64,000 nt of DNA from Oligoflexia bacterium. GTDB lineage: Bacteria > Bdellovibrionota > UBA1018. The notes below the pieces were generated by a model. The model searched no databases, had not been told where the DNA came from, and saw only the letters and a list, made by a program, of their open reading frames with translations. Position numbers and translations under genes: made by a program. The DNA lies in NCBI GenBank assembly GCA_963758495.1, contig CAVWVI010000004.1, positions 128,001-192,000 on the forward strand. Reading direction: 5' to 3'. Below are positions 8,482 through 20,276 of this stretch, piece by piece (position 1 is the first letter of the stretch; each line of letters opens with the position of its first letter).

Positions 8482-10401
8482 CTACTGCTGAGTTTTAACG
8501 GCTGCTATAATTTTATCAATCACCGTCGGATCCGCAAGGGTGGAAGTATCGCCTAAATTACCATAGTCGGCTACTGAAATTTTACGTAAAAGTCGTCGCA
8601 TGATTTTACCACTGCGAGTTTTTGGCAAGCCGGGTATCCAATATATTTTTTTAGGAGTCGCAAGATGTCCTACCTCTTTTCGTACGGTTGCCACTAATTC
8701 TTGCTGTAACCTCAACGCCGGAGTGATTCCTTCTTTGAGTACCACAAAGAGTTCAAGAGATTCTCCTGTCATTGAATCAGGAACTCCCACTGCCGCTGAT
8801 TCCATAACACTTGGATGAACCAAACACGCGGATTCGACTTCAGCACTTCCTAAACGATGACCCGATACTTTGATCACATCATCGGTTCGCCCCGTAATCC
8901 AATACATTCCATTTTGATCTCGATGAGCTCCATCGCCTGAAAAATAGTTTCCTTTAAATTGTGTGAAATAAGTTTCATAGAAACGATCAGGATTTCCGTA
9001 AACTTCACTCATCTGACCGGGCCAAGAACGTGCTATCACCAAGGATCCAGACGCTTTACCGTCACACACCTCACCTTTCTCATTCAGCAACTGAGGCTCA
9101 ATACCTGGAAGAGGATAGCTAGCACTTCCGGGTTGAGTGGGACTTATTCCAGCTAATGCAGAAATTAAGATCCCTCCTGTCTCAGTCTGCCACCATGTGT
9201 CCACTATAGGCGCTCGTCCTTCACCCACTACTTGATCATACCACTTCCATGCTTCTGGATTAATCGGTTCACCTACCGAACCTAAAGTTTTAATGGATTT
9301 TCTTGAATATTTTTTGACAAACTGATCGCCAGCACTTGCTAATATTCGAATTGCGGTAGGAGCACTATAGAAAATTGAAACTTGATATCGATCCACGATC
9401 TCCCAAAAACGACCCGCATCAGGGTAAGTGGGAACACCTTCAAACATGAGTGTGGTCACTCCATTCGCAAGGGGTCCATAGAGCAAGTAAGAATGACCGG
9501 TAATCCAACCCATATCTGCCGTGCACCAATAAACTTCGTTCTCAACTGGCTGAAAAACGATTTCATGAGTGTAGGACACATAAGTCAAATATCCACCCAT
9601 TTTGTGTAAAACTCCTTTAGGAGTGCCGGTACTTCCAGAGGTATAAAGGATAAATAATGGATCTTCAGCCGAGTGCGGAGGGGCTTCATGATGCGATGAG
9701 GTGGATAAAGAGTTGAACTTTTCCCAGGGAATATCATATGATTTACTCATTGAATCAGATCTCGAATAACGATTCATCACAATGACATTCTTCACACTGG
9801 GACAACCCATAGTCATCGCTTCATCTACATTGGACTTAAGATCAATCCATTTTTCACCACGAAATGTGCCATTTGCTGTAATAATAAGCGAAGCACCACA
9901 ATCATTGACACGACTCTGAATAGAGTGGGCAGAAAATCCTCCAAAGATCACACTATGAACGGCTCCGATTCTCGCACATGCTAAAACGCTGAATGCTAAC
10001 TCAGGCACATTAGGAAGATAGATTGCAATTCGATCTCCTTTTTTGATACCCATGGCTTCAAGTGCATTGGCGACTCTGCATACTTCTTTATGGAGTTCTC
10101 GAAAGGTAAAAATTCTCTCTTCTTCTAAATGATTCCCAACCCAAATCAACGCTCGATGATCTGCTAGACCTGTCTCTAGATGACGATCTAAGCAGTTCTC
10201 TGAAACATTAAGTTCAGCACCTAAATACCATTTTACTTTTCCTGTTTTAAAGTCCCAATCTGAAACTTGATCCCATATCTTTCGCCATCTAAGCTTATAA
10301 CGAGCTACGCCATCCCAAAATGCATCACTGTTTTTTAGTGAATCATTATAAACTCGAACATAATCTTCCCAGGACTTGATTCGTGGATCCAATAATTTCA
10401 T
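8482..10401 (-). CDS. acs: Acetyl-CoA synthetase
   Basis: LFILYTSGSTGTPKGV, WCTADMGWITGHSY, VDTWWQTETGG, PKTRSGKIMRRLL. Confidence 0.95.
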   Translation of the reverse strand: MKLLDPRIKSWEDYVRVYNDSLKNSDAFWDGVARYKLRWRKIWDQVSDWDFKTGKVKWYLGAELNVSENCLDRHLETGLADHRALIWVGNHLEEERIFTFRELHKEVCRVANALEAMGIKKGDRIAIYLPNVPELAFSVLACARIGAVHSVIFGGFSAHSIQSRVNDCGASLIITANGTFRGEKWIDLKSNVDEAMTMGCPSVKNVIVMNRYSRSDSMSKSYDIPWEKFNSLSTSSHHEAPPHSAEDPLFILYTSGSTGTPKGVLHKMGGYLTYVSYTHEIVFQPVENEVYWCTADMGWITGHSYLLYGPLANGVTTLMFEGVPTYPDAGRFWEIVDRYQVSIFYSAPTAIRILASAGDQFVKKYSRKSIKTLGSVGEPINPEAWKWYDQVVGEGRAPIVDTWWQTETGGILISALAGISPTQPGSASYPLPGIEPQLLNEKGEVCDGKASGSLVIARSWPGQMSEVYGNPDRFYETYFTQFKGNYFSGDGAHRDQNGMYWITGRTDDVIKVSGHRLGSAEVESACLVHPSVMESAAVGVPDSMTGESLELFVVLKEGITPALRLQQELVATVRKEVGHLATPKKIYWIPGLPKTRSGKIMRRLLRKISVADYGNLGDTSTLADPTVIDKIIAAVKTQQ

Positions 10402-10476
10402 GGATCTACCTTAAACTACTCACCTGAGAAAATGACTAAAAAATAGAGGTTATTTGAATTTTACTTTATTTAACCG

Positions 10477-10689
10477 CTAAGAGGCAACAGCCCTTTTCTC
10501 GCGTTCGATTTCCCCGGAAACCTTCGCAACCCCAGAGCGAAAGGTATCACCCACAGTCCGAGTACTCAGCGGGAGACGGATCCCATAGGATTGGAGAAAC
10601 TCTTGTACTCTAAAACGATTTCTCCACAAATAAAATCCACCCACCAACAAAAGCGCCATCATTCCCATCGTATTCGACCTACGCATCAA
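10477..10689 (-). CDS. Small membrane-anchored hypothetical protein
   Basis: 70 aa with one N-terminal hydrophobic helix, directly after the upstream gene; AAGGA upstream. Confidence 0.55.
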   Translation of the reverse strand: MMRRSNTMGMMALLLVGGFYLWRNRFRVQEFLQSYGIRLPLSTRTVGDTFRSGVAKVSGEIEREKRAVAS

Positions 10690-11325
10690 TCATCCTTTCT
10701 TTTCCATGACTAAGGGAGCTTGAATCGTAAAAGTAATCGTTTCAGAACTCACTGTAGTCTGACCCTGATCATTTTGAGCAATGATGTGACCTTCATATTT
10801 GAGAGACTCACCATTGATTGCTAGCTTCTTTAATTCATTATCAGAAAGTTCTGCTCGCCAGGTACTTCCCTCCAGATGCTTCATGTCTACACTCACTGGC
10901 CTTTCAAAAAACTTAAGCCGCTGATCAGTATCTGAAGCAAAATACAAACGAAGTTTCACTTTGTCTAAATTGGACCCTAAACTTTTGATATCAACATAAA
11001 CATTAACCGGCTGAGCCGCGTCAAGACGTGGGCCCAAAATCACTACATTAGGAACCACCCGAGGATTCGCAATAACGGGAGGTGCAATAGGCATACCCGA
11101 AGTCGCCACTCCCCCACCGCTTGCTTGTTCTGCATCCGAAGAAATGACCGTTTTTTCATTCGTTTTTTGACCAACTTTCGGAGAAGAAGAGCAGGCTGAT
11201 ATTCCAAAAATTAGTCCTGAAATAAGAGCTCCTGAAATGAGGCTCGAAGAAACAATGCGATGCTTGCTTGTTGTCAGCATTGAAAATATTTTCATACTCC
11301 ACTGAAACTGCAATCGAAATACCAC
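10690..11325 (-). CDS. Hypothetical lipoprotein
   Basis: Lipobox-like ISAC followed by a low-complexity linker and beta-rich domain; true start probably internal. Confidence 0.65.
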   Translation of the reverse strand: MVFRLQFQWSMKIFSMLTTSKHRIVSSSLISGALISGLIFGISACSSSPKVGQKTNEKTVISSDAEQASGGGVATSGMPIAPPVIANPRVVPNVVILGPRLDAAQPVNVYVDIKSLGSNLDKVKLRLYFASDTDQRLKFFERPVSVDMKHLEGSTWRAELSDNELKKLAINGESLKYEGHIIAQNDQGQTTVSSETITFTIQAPLVMEKKG

Positions 11326-11452
11326 TCTCGAACTTCAACACAAGGCATCTAAAAAATTAAAGAAATTTCCGCTCCTTGTCACAAAAAATTCATAAATAAA
11401 TATTGCACAGAACAAACTCGATGATAGCATGTCCCGTGGGGGAAATTTTACG

Positions 11453-12130
11453 ATGAAAAATTATTTCATTTTATTAGGTTCATTTTTATTATCATCAACA
11501 GCTGCATTTGCATTCACTTTCGATAGTGATGTTCCTGAAGCAATCCAGACTCAAATCAAACAGGATCTTAAGTTTATAGGAACTATTCAAAGCAATACTC
11601 AATCAGATTTACATAAACAAATTTTCGGTCCTGTCGCCGGTGTCACTTACACCAGTTTTTTCAATGATCGCGTCACGGGCATTGGCCTCAATGGCTGCGG
11701 AAATGGAAATGCGGTTGCTTGCGTTATCCCGTTCGCTGATTCCTCTAAAATGTGGCTCACAAATAATTATATCAAATTTAACCATCCTCAAATCGCAAGA
11801 ATGATGGTGGTCTTTCACGAATCAAGACACACTGAAAGTGACAACGGCAACTGGCCTCATGCAACTTGCCCAGATCCATTTCTAGATAAAGACGGAAACT
11901 CAATAAAAAGCATCTGGACTGGATCTACACTCGCAAATGAACCCGCATGTGACGAAACTCCTTTTGGCTCTTACGGCTCTTCCATGATTATGTTAAAAAA
12001 CATTTCTAAATACTGCACAAATTGCACTGATAAAGTAAAAATGGATGCAGGAATTTATGCCGATGATCAATTCAAAAGAATTATTGATCGAAATGCAATT
12101 CAAGAAATTAAAAACGATCTCTATAAGTAA
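11453..12130 (+). CDS. Secreted Cys-rich protein with HExxH (putative zinc metalloprotease) motif
   Basis: Signal peptide MKNYF...AFA; VVFHESRH; several Cys. Confidence 0.65.
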   Translation: MKNYFILLGSFLLSSTAAFAFTFDSDVPEAIQTQIKQDLKFIGTIQSNTQSDLHKQIFGPVAGVTYTSFFNDRVTGIGLNGCGNGNAVACVIPFADSSKMWLTNNYIKFNHPQIARMMVVFHESRHTESDNGNWPHATCPDPFLDKDGNSIKSIWTGSTLANEPACDETPFGSYGSSMIMLKNISKYCTNCTDKVKMDAGIYADDQFKRIIDRNAIQEIKNDLYK

Positions 12131-12171
12131 GTTCCGTCACCTTAACGTTTAGTGAAGTTCGGTGAAGCTCA

Positions 12172-12867
12172 ATGAAAAAAACCAGTAAAGGCATCATTTT
12201 ACTGCTAAGTCTCACATTAGGAATTTGGATGTGGAAATCAAGAGGAGTTCCACATCCAAAACTCCTCGAGGGCATTCCTAACTCTATTTTGACAAGTCCC
12301 ATTTGGGTTTCTAAACAAAACCATGAAAATTCATATATTCAAACTTCCGTAATCGTTCCTTCTCAAAATGATATTCAATCTGAGAAAGTGGAAACCCTGA
12401 GAAAATTACAAATTCTTAAGGAAATATTCACATCTAAAAACGACAATGATCCTCGACTGGATCAAGATTTAAAAGAACTCACTCCACATACCAAACAAGC
12501 CTTGGAAGAAAAATATAACTCACTTCATACTGAATTGAGAAATGAACGAGGAACCCTCGTTTTCCTTATTGGGAGAAATCTCAATTCCAAAGAGGATTTT
12601 GATTTTTTTAGAAAGGTGGTTTCTGAGGCGCCGTGCTTGAGCTTAAACGATTGCACAAACAGTATAAATACTTCTGACTCTTCAGATGATAATAATGCAG
12701 TCGAAATCACTTTGAACTATCCTCAAATCGTGGCTTTGAAATCTTTAAAATCCTATCTTATAAAAAACCCATCATCACCTGAAGCAAAGTCGGTACTCGA
12801 AGAAGCATTGAAATCTAAAAGTCGTTTAGTCGCTCAAATGGCCTCAGAAATAATAAAAAAACTATAA
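12172..12867 (+). CDS. Hypothetical membrane-anchored helical protein
   Basis: 231-aa ORF with N-terminal TM, NDNDPRLD motif; co-oriented with the HExxH gene. Confidence 0.65.
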   Translation: MKKTSKGIILLLSLTLGIWMWKSRGVPHPKLLEGIPNSILTSPIWVSKQNHENSYIQTSVIVPSQNDIQSEKVETLRKLQILKEIFTSKNDNDPRLDQDLKELTPHTKQALEEKYNSLHTELRNERGTLVFLIGRNLNSKEDFDFFRKVVSEAPCLSLNDCTNSINTSDSSDDNNAVEITLNYPQIVALKSLKSYLIKNPSSPEAKSVLEEALKSKSRLVAQMASEIIKKL

Positions 12868-13054
12868 TTTATCACGTATAAGTATTTGAATTTATAATAT
12901 TATTTGAATAAAAAATTTCTTGAAATGATTACGATATTATTACAACAATTATACTTGACTAATTTAGTAAAGTATAAGATCATAAATCTTATCTACCGCT
13001 AATAAAAAATCAAAAAATTAAATAAAAAATAATTTTAAAAAAAAGGGGACTCGT

Positions 13055-13903
13055 ATGACTTCACTTCGGAACCTTGTGCAAACAAATCGAAATGGAATTT
13101 TAAATACACTCTCACTCAGCGCAATGATTATCGCCTCCGGCTGCGGAAAGACAACTACCCAACCTAATAATGTAGTCACTAATGCACAGGTCAGTGCGTA
13201 CACATCTGCCCAAGGGGATCAATGGGTCGAAGCTGTCATTAGTTTAAACACAGGGAATTACCCTTTAGCTGGGATCACCCTACCCATTACTGACCCTAAA
13301 AACATGACTAAGCAGTATGGCACCCTCTCCATCGCACCTACCCTTTGTGGAATTGGTTGTAACAAAGGCGATCTCACCGTTGCTGTTGATTTGAGTTCCA
13401 TTTCAAAATCTACACCTATTCCAAATCCAACTCTTCCTAACGGAACCCCATTGCCTCTAGGCGGACTCAGCACAGCAACCGTTGTTGGAATGCCGGTAGA
13501 TAATACAAACGCAATGATCTATTACGCATTTGCTCCTAATACTGCAATCTTAGGAACTGCAATTCCATTTTCCGCACTGAATCCAGCAGGTCAATATGCA
13601 GCAGGCGCCGATATCTTCTTCCCGATTCAGTTCCCAAATGTAGACATCGATGCGGGGATGTTCTTTGGCGCTAACGTGAATACCACGGGCGTAGGCGTGT
13701 TCATAGATGTCTTGAACGTAATTAATAACACTCCAGCTCCAAGTCCAAGCCCAACTGCAGAATTAGCCATTAAATCCAGCTCAGCATCTCATCAGAGCGA
13801 AATTACGATGGAGACAGTAAGACCTTCTCAACATAAAGAAAATGCCATTTATCAAAAGCTGTATGAACTCAGCATTCCTGGTCCTACCCTGAAGCTTGAA
13901 TAA
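13055..13903 (+). CDS. Hypothetical lipoprotein
   Basis: Lipobox IASGC; 282 aa; followed by terminator. Confidence 0.7.
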   Translation: MTSLRNLVQTNRNGILNTLSLSAMIIASGCGKTTTQPNNVVTNAQVSAYTSAQGDQWVEAVISLNTGNYPLAGITLPITDPKNMTKQYGTLSIAPTLCGIGCNKGDLTVAVDLSSISKSTPIPNPTLPNGTPLPLGGLSTATVVGMPVDNTNAMIYYAFAPNTAILGTAIPFSALNPAGQYAAGADIFFPIQFPNVDIDAGMFFGANVNTTGVGVFIDVLNVINNTPAPSPSPTAELAIKSSSASHQSEITMETVRPSQHKENAIYQKLYELSIPGPTLKLE

Positions 13904-13941
13904 CGCTTTACAGTAGAACAACAAAAAAGAGTTCAATTCTA

Positions 13942-13980
13942 CCGAAGGCCAGGTGCAAAGCACTTGGCCTTCGGCTTTTT
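13942..13980 (+). terminator. Rho-independent terminator
   Basis: CCGAAGGCCAGGTGC-AAA-GCACTTGGCCTTCGG followed by a T run. Confidence 0.8.
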
Positions 13981-14049
13981 ATAAAAGCAACTTGCTTTTG
14001 CAATGATTATAAAATGGACTTATACCTTGAACCAGAGAAGGAACTATTC

Positions 14050-14490
14050 ATGTCAATCTGGAAAAAAAGACCCACTTTAGACCAACTCAATGAAATGAAC
14101 CAAGGGACCATTCATGATGCGCTCGGTATCCGGTTTTCAAAAATTGGGGATGATTACCTTGAAGCCACGATGCCTGTAGATCAAAGAACTCAACAGCCCT
14201 ATGGATTGCTTCATGGAGGCGCATCCGTCGTGTTAGCAGAGTCTCTGGGAAGTGTCGCCTCGGTCCTGGTCATTGGCTCTGAAGATAAAATAGGTATCGG
14301 CATTGAAGTCAACGCCAGTCACCTCAATGCAGCTCGCGAAGGAACTGTGACAGGAAGAGTCACACCTCTTCGATTGGGGCATTCGCTCCACGTTTGGGAA
14401 ATTCAAATACGCGATACTTCAAACATTAACAGCGATCCAGTGTGTCAAGCGCGACTCACCGTCTTAATTAAGAATTTAAAAACTCGGTGA
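14050..14490 (+). CDS. menI: 1,4-dihydroxy-2-naphthoyl-CoA thioesterase (hotdog fold, YdiI/MenI)
   Basis: TQQPYGLLHGGASVVLAESLGS, GIEVNASHL; adjacent to men genes. Confidence 0.85.
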   Translation: MSIWKKRPTLDQLNEMNQGTIHDALGIRFSKIGDDYLEATMPVDQRTQQPYGLLHGGASVVLAESLGSVASVLVIGSEDKIGIGIEVNASHLNAAREGTVTGRVTPLRLGHSLHVWEIQIRDTSNINSDPVCQARLTVLIKNLKTR

Positions 14491-15660
14491 AGTAGCCACC
14501 TTCTCCAGACAAGCAGAAGAAATCAGCTTACCTAAAGCCGTTCGTGGAATTGTGTCCATTTGATGGGTTTTTCGAATTCTTTCAAATCCTAAAACCTTGG
14601 AATTAAATTTTTCAACTAAATGAATGCAATCAGGTTCTGAAATCTGAGAATCATAAATCAAATGGATCGCCTGCCCTAAGCGATCATCGGGTACGGGTAA
14701 AATGGCTAGGTCTCCAAGCAACTGATAATGACTTCGAATTTCATCGAAGATGCCTCGCAATCGAGACACATCCACACTTTCTCCACCAATTTTCACAAAA
14801 TCGTCTATTCGTCCCAGTATTTGAAGCTGCCGATTTTTTAAAACTCCGCGATCTTGTGAATAAAACCAACCGTCTTTTTTAGGGTCCACGAATCGGGGGC
14901 GACCTTCATTTTCGTAAATATAACCCGAGAGAAGTGAACTTCCCTTGATTTGTAACTTTCCATCATAGGCTTCTTGAACTTCTAAATGGCCCAATACTTC
15001 CAAAGAAGGAATGGCAAGCTCGGAAATTTTCCCATCTAAGTTAATTTTCTGATGAGAAAGAGAATCCATGCTTGCAGTCGCTATTTGAGAACACGTTTCA
15101 GTCATTCCATAAGTAGGTAAAAGAGGCCAGTCCAGGCTTCTTGCTTTTTGATAAATCGCCGTCGAAAGAGCTCCTCCTCCCACCAATACTGCCCTTAAAG
15201 AAGGAGGAGAGTGAAAGTTTTCTTTCACTAAATCGTAAATCTGAGTGGGAACAAGTGCAGTCAAGGTTGCACCACTCTCTTGAAGAGCATGCACAAAGTC
15301 TTTTGGATTCCACGATTGAAATTTAACAACTCGAGCCCCATTCAAAAAGCTTCTCGCCCAGATTCCCAAACCCCCCACATGAAAATCAGGCAAAGGATGG
15401 AGCCAAATATCAGAGCTCTTGCTTTCAAGATGCCTATTGACGGCTTCTGCAGAGGCTAAAAATGCGGTTTTACTCAGGGCAACCCATTTTAAATCTTGGA
15501 TCGACTGTGCTGTAGTCCCTGAAGTCAGTAGAAATAGATGCCCTTGGAGGGGACTTGCCACTTCCGGAATCAGACCTTGTAAATGCTGAGCTTGGTCCTG
15601 AGGAAATTGAGGATTTAAAAATAAATGATTTTCTGCGGAAGTCCAAGGGATCATCATCAT
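14476..15660 (-). CDS. menE: O-succinylbenzoate-CoA ligase
   Basis: LTSGTT, HVGGL, TYGMTET, GRIDD, PRTALGK; in men operon. Confidence 0.85.
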   Translation of the reverse strand: MMMIPWTSAENHLFLNPQFPQDQAQHLQGLIPEVASPLQGHLFLLTSGTTAQSIQDLKWVALSKTAFLASAEAVNRHLESKSSDIWLHPLPDFHVGGLGIWARSFLNGARVVKFQSWNPKDFVHALQESGATLTALVPTQIYDLVKENFHSPPSLRAVLVGGGALSTAIYQKARSLDWPLLPTYGMTETCSQIATASMDSLSHQKINLDGKISELAIPSLEVLGHLEVQEAYDGKLQIKGSSLLSGYIYENEGRPRFVDPKKDGWFYSQDRGVLKNRQLQILGRIDDFVKIGGESVDVSRLRGIFDEIRSHYQLLGDLAILPVPDDRLGQAIHLIYDSQISEPDCIHLVEKFNSKVLGFERIRKTHQMDTIPRTALGKLISSACLEKVATSPSF

Positions 15661-15676
15661 GATCTACCATCTTTCT

Positions 15677-16804
15677 TTAAAGAGGTTTCCAAATTTGATG
15701 GGCTAAATTCTGATCCATACCCAACCCCACACCTTGAGGAATTTTCAGATCAGGTCCCTGAGAATCAATCCAATCCGAGACTCCTTGAGGTTCATAAGAA
15801 AAATGACTCAGTAAACCACAGGCTTCTACTTTCACTCTCCCTTTCTCTTTGCCCAGACGACAAAGCTGAACGGCAGTCCAAGCAGCGCAGTATTGCCCAA
15901 ACGGATGATCCAGATAACTTGTGACTACTAGGTTTACCCCAAACTTCTCAGCCAATGCAGTCATCCACTTGGGATCTTGAATGGCTGGCTTGAGCACTAC
16001 CAATGAAAATGAGCCCGGTACGAGGTGAGATTGGATCTCTTCAGACATTCGATCTAACGCGAGACGCACGCCCCACTTTTTTTGAATCTCACTCCAAAGG
16101 CGAGAATCATAAGGAGTGGGGTCTTCAATAAAATCAATTTGCTCTCTCGCCAATTTCAACTTTTGGTTTAATTTTTGGTTTAACCCTGGGTCTAAACCTT
16201 GACCTAACTCTTGAAAAAATATCTCAACGTCGTCACCCGTGAGGGCAGAATTAAAATCTAATCGAACTTTAAGGGAATACTGACGAAGAAGAGATCCTAA
16301 TTGAGCCAGGACTCTCGCTCCCTCTCTAAAATTTGATGAGCCTAATTTCAATTTAATAGAAGTAAAGCCTTGGCTCGCCAACGACTCCAGAAGTACGGGC
16401 GTCAGGAGCTTGAGATGAGCCAACAAGGCATGACTCGGAGGAATCCCCCCTATGTGACTCTCCCTATTCTCTCTCTTACCCATATCCCCCTTATCCCCAA
16501 AATTCCAAAGACTCGTGTGAGCCGCACGAGCTTCCGAATCCATTTGAGCAAAGAATAGGGACCGACGAGTGAGATTTGTTAAATGACCTTTTTTTAATAA
16601 ATCCAATTGAGATGTTAAAGGAAGATCACCCAGCTCAGGCCAAGGAAAACAATCCGCATATCCTACTTTTCCATCTTTAAATTGAATTTTTAAAAGTGAG
16701 CCCTTGCGCGGTGCTAAAGCAGCAACGCTCCCCAGTGGCGTTTTAGGAAACAGTTCATATAAGCTGTAAGCGATATGCAGAGACGAAAAATCTAAGTTCG
16801 TCAC
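15677..16804 (-). CDS. menC: O-succinylbenzoate synthase
   Basis: PWPELGD, KLK, RLDFN, FIEDP, LALD, VLKP, VVTSYLDH enolase-superfamily motifs. Confidence 0.85.
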   Translation of the reverse strand: MTNLDFSSLHIAYSLYELFPKTPLGSVAALAPRKGSLLKIQFKDGKVGYADCFPWPELGDLPLTSQLDLLKKGHLTNLTRRSLFFAQMDSEARAAHTSLWNFGDKGDMGKRENRESHIGGIPPSHALLAHLKLLTPVLLESLASQGFTSIKLKLGSSNFREGARVLAQLGSLLRQYSLKVRLDFNSALTGDDVEIFFQELGQGLDPGLNQKLNQKLKLAREQIDFIEDPTPYDSRLWSEIQKKWGVRLALDRMSEEIQSHLVPGSFSLVVLKPAIQDPKWMTALAEKFGVNLVVTSYLDHPFGQYCAAWTAVQLCRLGKEKGRVKVEACGLLSHFSYEPQGVSDWIDSQGPDLKIPQGVGLGMDQNLAHQIWKPL

Positions 16805-16821
16805 CTAGTCCATCTCCCCAT

Positions 16822-17736
16822 TCATCGAATCATCAATCCTAGACTCAAAAGGATTCCAAACACCATTTGTAACAGTGCCCCTTGAGCTAGAAAGCCATTA
16901 TAAGCAGGGCTAGGCTCAGTATTTCTAATTCTTTGAATTAAGACGATCGCTAAGGGGAAAACCAAGAAAGGGAGCATACCTGCCCACATCATCCCTTGTC
17001 GAAACCAAAAACCACCCAATAGAAATGGAATTAAACAAAGACTGACAATTTCCCACCTCACCCTCTCAGGCCCTAAACGAACCGCGAGCGTTTTCTTGTT
17101 AGCCAATCGATCTGTGACATGGTCTCTGAGGTTATTAATTGAAATTAAAACTGTCGCCAAGAGTCCCACTTGGGTCCCTGCGATCATCGCATATGTATCC
17201 AAGGCTCCGGTATTGAGGAAGTAGACTCCACCCACAGCCACCCAGCCGAAAAAAACAAGGACAAATAAATCTCCTAAGCCAACATAAGCCAGAGGATAAG
17301 GCCCCCCCGTGTAGGCATAACCTGCCAAAAGCGAAAACATTCCGATTAATATAATTGACCATCCCCCCGCAATCACTAAGGGAATTGAAAAAAGTATCGA
17401 AATAATAAAACAGATGAGACCACCCCAAAGTACTTTTTCAGGTGAGAGCAATCCACTTTGAGTCACGCGTTGAGGACCGATGCGCTCTGAAGTATCCGCA
17501 CCTTTTTTAAAATCTAAAGAATCATTAATGAGATTGGTCCCAATCTGAATAAAAACTGCGCTTAGAAAAGCAAAAATACTGAGAACTGCTCGAATTTCTC
17601 CATGAATCGCATAAGCAAGCGAAGTCCCCACTAGAATAGGAATCAATGCAGCCGTGAGTGTTTTTGGCCGAACCGCCAAAAGCCAGACACCCATACCCTT
17701 CGTTTTTTTTCTATTTTTTACGCTGTTTTTATTCAT
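16822..17736 (-). CDS. menA: 1,4-dihydroxy-2-naphthoate prenyltransferase
   Basis: RPKTL, QIGTNLINDSLDFKKGAD, YTGGPYPLAY, NNLRD. Confidence 0.95.
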   Translation of the reverse strand: MNKNSVKNRKKTKGMGVWLLAVRPKTLTAALIPILVGTSLAYAIHGEIRAVLSIFAFLSAVFIQIGTNLINDSLDFKKGADTSERIGPQRVTQSGLLSPEKVLWGGLICFIISILFSIPLVIAGGWSIILIGMFSLLAGYAYTGGPYPLAYVGLGDLFVLVFFGWVAVGGVYFLNTGALDTYAMIAGTQVGLLATVLISINNLRDHVTDRLANKKTLAVRLGPERVRWEIVSLCLIPFLLGGFWFRQGMMWAGMLPFLVFPLAIVLIQRIRNTEPSPAYNGFLAQGALLQMVFGILLSLGLMIR

Positions 17737-17742
17737 TTTAAA

Positions 17743-18567
17743 TTAAGGCAATCTAGGAAATTGACGAAAATTCGGTTTCCGTTTTTCTACGAAGGCATTA
17801 CGACCTTCTTTTGCTTCTTCAGACATGTAGTATAACAGGGTTGCGTTCCCAGCCATATCCAACAAGCCCATCTGGCCATCGCAATCCGCGTTGAGAGAAG
17901 TTTTTAGACAACGCAAGGCGAGAGGAGAATGATCCAATATTTCACGGCACCACTTCAATGTTTCTGTTTCAAGTTCATCGTAAGGGACAACATGATTCAC
18001 AAGTCCCATTTCAAGTGCCTGTTCTGCCGAATACTGCCGACAGAGGAACCAAATTTCACGTGCCTTTTTTTGGCCCACAATTCGAGAGAGGTAACTACTT
18101 CCCAATCCTCCGTCAAAAGAACCCACCTTGGGTCCCGTCTGACCAAATCGAGCATTGTCCGCCGCAATCGTCAGATCACACACAATATGTAATACGTGGC
18201 CGCCACCTATGGCATATCCTGCCACCATTGCAATGACTGGCTTTGGAAGAGAACGGATTCTTTTTTGAAGATCGAGAACATTGAGCCGAGCAACGCCATC
18301 TTTTCCAACGTAACCGCCGTTTCCTCGTACTTTCTGATCCCCTCCAGCACAGAACGCGTCTTTGCCTTCTCCCGTTAAAATCACCACCCCAATGGAGGAA
18401 TCATCTCGACAATAGTCAAATGCCTCTAGAAGTTCTTTTACAGTTTCTGGGCGAAAGGCATTTCTAACATGAGGACGATTGATCGTTACTTTCGCAATAC
18501 CATCGTCAGTTCTCTCTAATTTAATATCTTCAAATTTCTTTATATGAATCCAAGTTTCCATATTCAT
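17743..18567 (-). CDS. menB: 1,4-dihydroxy-2-naphthoyl-CoA synthase
   Basis: [35 protein letters not shown]; start placed after AAGGA. Confidence 0.97.
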   Translation of the reverse strand: MNMETWIHIKKFEDIKLERTDDGIAKVTINRPHVRNAFRPETVKELLEAFDYCRDDSSIGVVILTGEGKDAFCAGGDQKVRGNGGYVGKDGVARLNVLDLQKRIRSLPKPVIAMVAGYAIGGGHVLHIVCDLTIAADNARFGQTGPKVGSFDGGLGSSYLSRIVGQKKAREIWFLCRQYSAEQALEMGLVNHVVPYDELETETLKWCREILDHSPLALRCLKTSLNADCDGQMGLLDMAGNATLLYYMSEEAKEGRNAFVEKRKPNFRQFPRLP

Positions 18568-18596
18568 TACGTCCTTTTTTAAGCTCATTTTTAAAT

Positions 18597-20276
18597 TCAC
18601 TCGATTTGTTGATAACGTGTCCAAAACCGCTGAGTCGCATTTTCATCCGGAATCATTTCAATCATTCGATTTCCACGCTGTTTTTCAATTTTTTGAGGCA
18701 CCGTCTCCCATCTCTCATAGGAAAGGCCCCATAAATCGGCACAGGCTCGAAACCCAATCTGATGGCGGTTTTGAATCTCCTCCTGCGGAAACATCCGCGA
18801 AAAGATTTTTCCTCCGCCATTATTTACAATTAGAATATTCACTTGAACTTTAGGTATTTGAGGCAGAATCCACGGACCCTGCAAATCATAAAGGGCGGTA
18901 AGGTCTCCCACAATAGCCCAATTTTCAAAGTGAGATTCAGCATATCCTAAAAATGTAGAGATTTGGCCATCGATCCCATTAAGTCCCCGCGAACCCCAGA
19001 TATCGGAGAGAGGATGATTCTGAAGCTCCGCCACCAAGTCCCACTCACGAATAGGAAGACTATTGCCCAAGTAAACTCGTGCGGGGGCAGAGAGTCTCCT
19101 TGAAAGTGCCGCGATCATTCCGGGCTCAGAAAGAGGTTCATCCAGGAGTAAATCTTTAAGTCGGAAGAGTGCTTGATGATCTTGTTTTAAAAACTGCTGA
19201 AAACGAGATTCCAAATCAGGTTCGACGAGATTCTGATCTATCCACGTTTCATTGCAGATAAAATTTAAGTCTCCATGAACCACTGAAGAAGATCGTGCGA
19301 GTCCTGAGAAGGGCATTCGGCTGAGTGTTAATACCATCAGCTCTCTATATTTTGTCTCAAGGTCTCTCCATAAGCGAAGCGTGGGCACTCCCCCAATCCG
19401 AAGGACCCCATCAATGGGATAATCGTTCTGACTGGCTCTTTCCATTAAACGATCGGATAGATGAATTTTAAAAGGATCAAATCGAGGATCCTCACGAAGA
19501 CCTGATAATCCTTCAAAATACGTAGGTATTTGCCACTGAAGTAAAAGCTGGGCCAATGCCTCTCTCTCTTGAGGATGGATCATGCCTACGATCACCAAAG
19601 GATTTCGCACTTTCTGGAAAAATGCAGCCAATGCGGTTTTGGCCGCTGAGAGAGTTTCTTGAGATGGCTCTGCTGAGCGCTTTTCTTCAGTCGTGGACCC
19701 AAAATCCAACAATGAAGAAACACTTGCTGGATATTCTGAATCTATTAAGGGTTCATCAAAACAGATATTTAAATGGGTTGGGCTCTTATGAGAAATAAAA
19801 TCATGAGAAAAATTATCATGAGAAAAATTATTATGATGAGAACTATCAGTTTTTTCAAAGTCCTCTTCACTTGCAATGTCTGCCGAATGACAAACATAGC
19901 TTCCATATAAACCCACTTGCTCCGCGACCTGAGGTGCTCCAGACCCACGATAACTCCTGGGACGATCTGCAGTGATGAGAACTAGTGCCAAACCTGAATA
20001 ATGCGCCTCCATAGTTGCGGGGAGCAGCTCACCCGCTGCAGTGCCAGAAGTCGTCAAGACTGGCACCGGCCTCCCCGTACTTCTTATCCTTCCCAGTGCA
20101 AAAAATGAGGCTGAACGTTCTTCGAAAAAATAATAAGTTTTAAATTGACCAGGATTTGCAGTCAAAATTGCAATCAACGGAGCATTTCTCGCCCCAGGAC
20201 AAATACACAGCTCTCGAACTCCTTCACGATAAAGCTCTTGAAACAAACGAATGACGAGTCGAGTATTGAGTGTCAT
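18597..20276 (-). CDS. menD: SEPHCHC synthase
   Basis: [52 protein letters not shown]. Confidence 0.95.
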   Translation of the reverse strand: MTLNTRLVIRLFQELYREGVRELCICPGARNAPLIAILTANPGQFKTYYFFEERSASFFALGRIRSTGRPVPVLTTSGTAAGELLPATMEAHYSGLALVLITADRPRSYRGSGAPQVAEQVGLYGSYVCHSADIASEEDFEKTDSSHHNNFSHDNFSHDFISHKSPTHLNICFDEPLIDSEYPASVSSLLDFGSTTEEKRSAEPSQETLSAAKTALAAFFQKVRNPLVIVGMIHPQEREALAQLLLQWQIPTYFEGLSGLREDPRFDPFKIHLSDRLMERASQNDYPIDGVLRIGGVPTLRLWRDLETKYRELMVLTLSRMPFSGLARSSSVVHGDLNFICNETWIDQNLVEPDLESRFQQFLKQDHQALFRLKDLLLDEPLSEPGMIAALSRRLSAPARVYLGNSLPIREWDLVAELQNHPLSDIWGSRGLNGIDGQISTFLGYAESHFENWAIVGDLTALYDLQGPWILPQIPKVQVNILIVNNGGGKIFSRMFPQEEIQNRHQIGFRACADLWGLSYERWETVPQKIEKQRGNRMIEMIPDENATQRFWTRYQQIE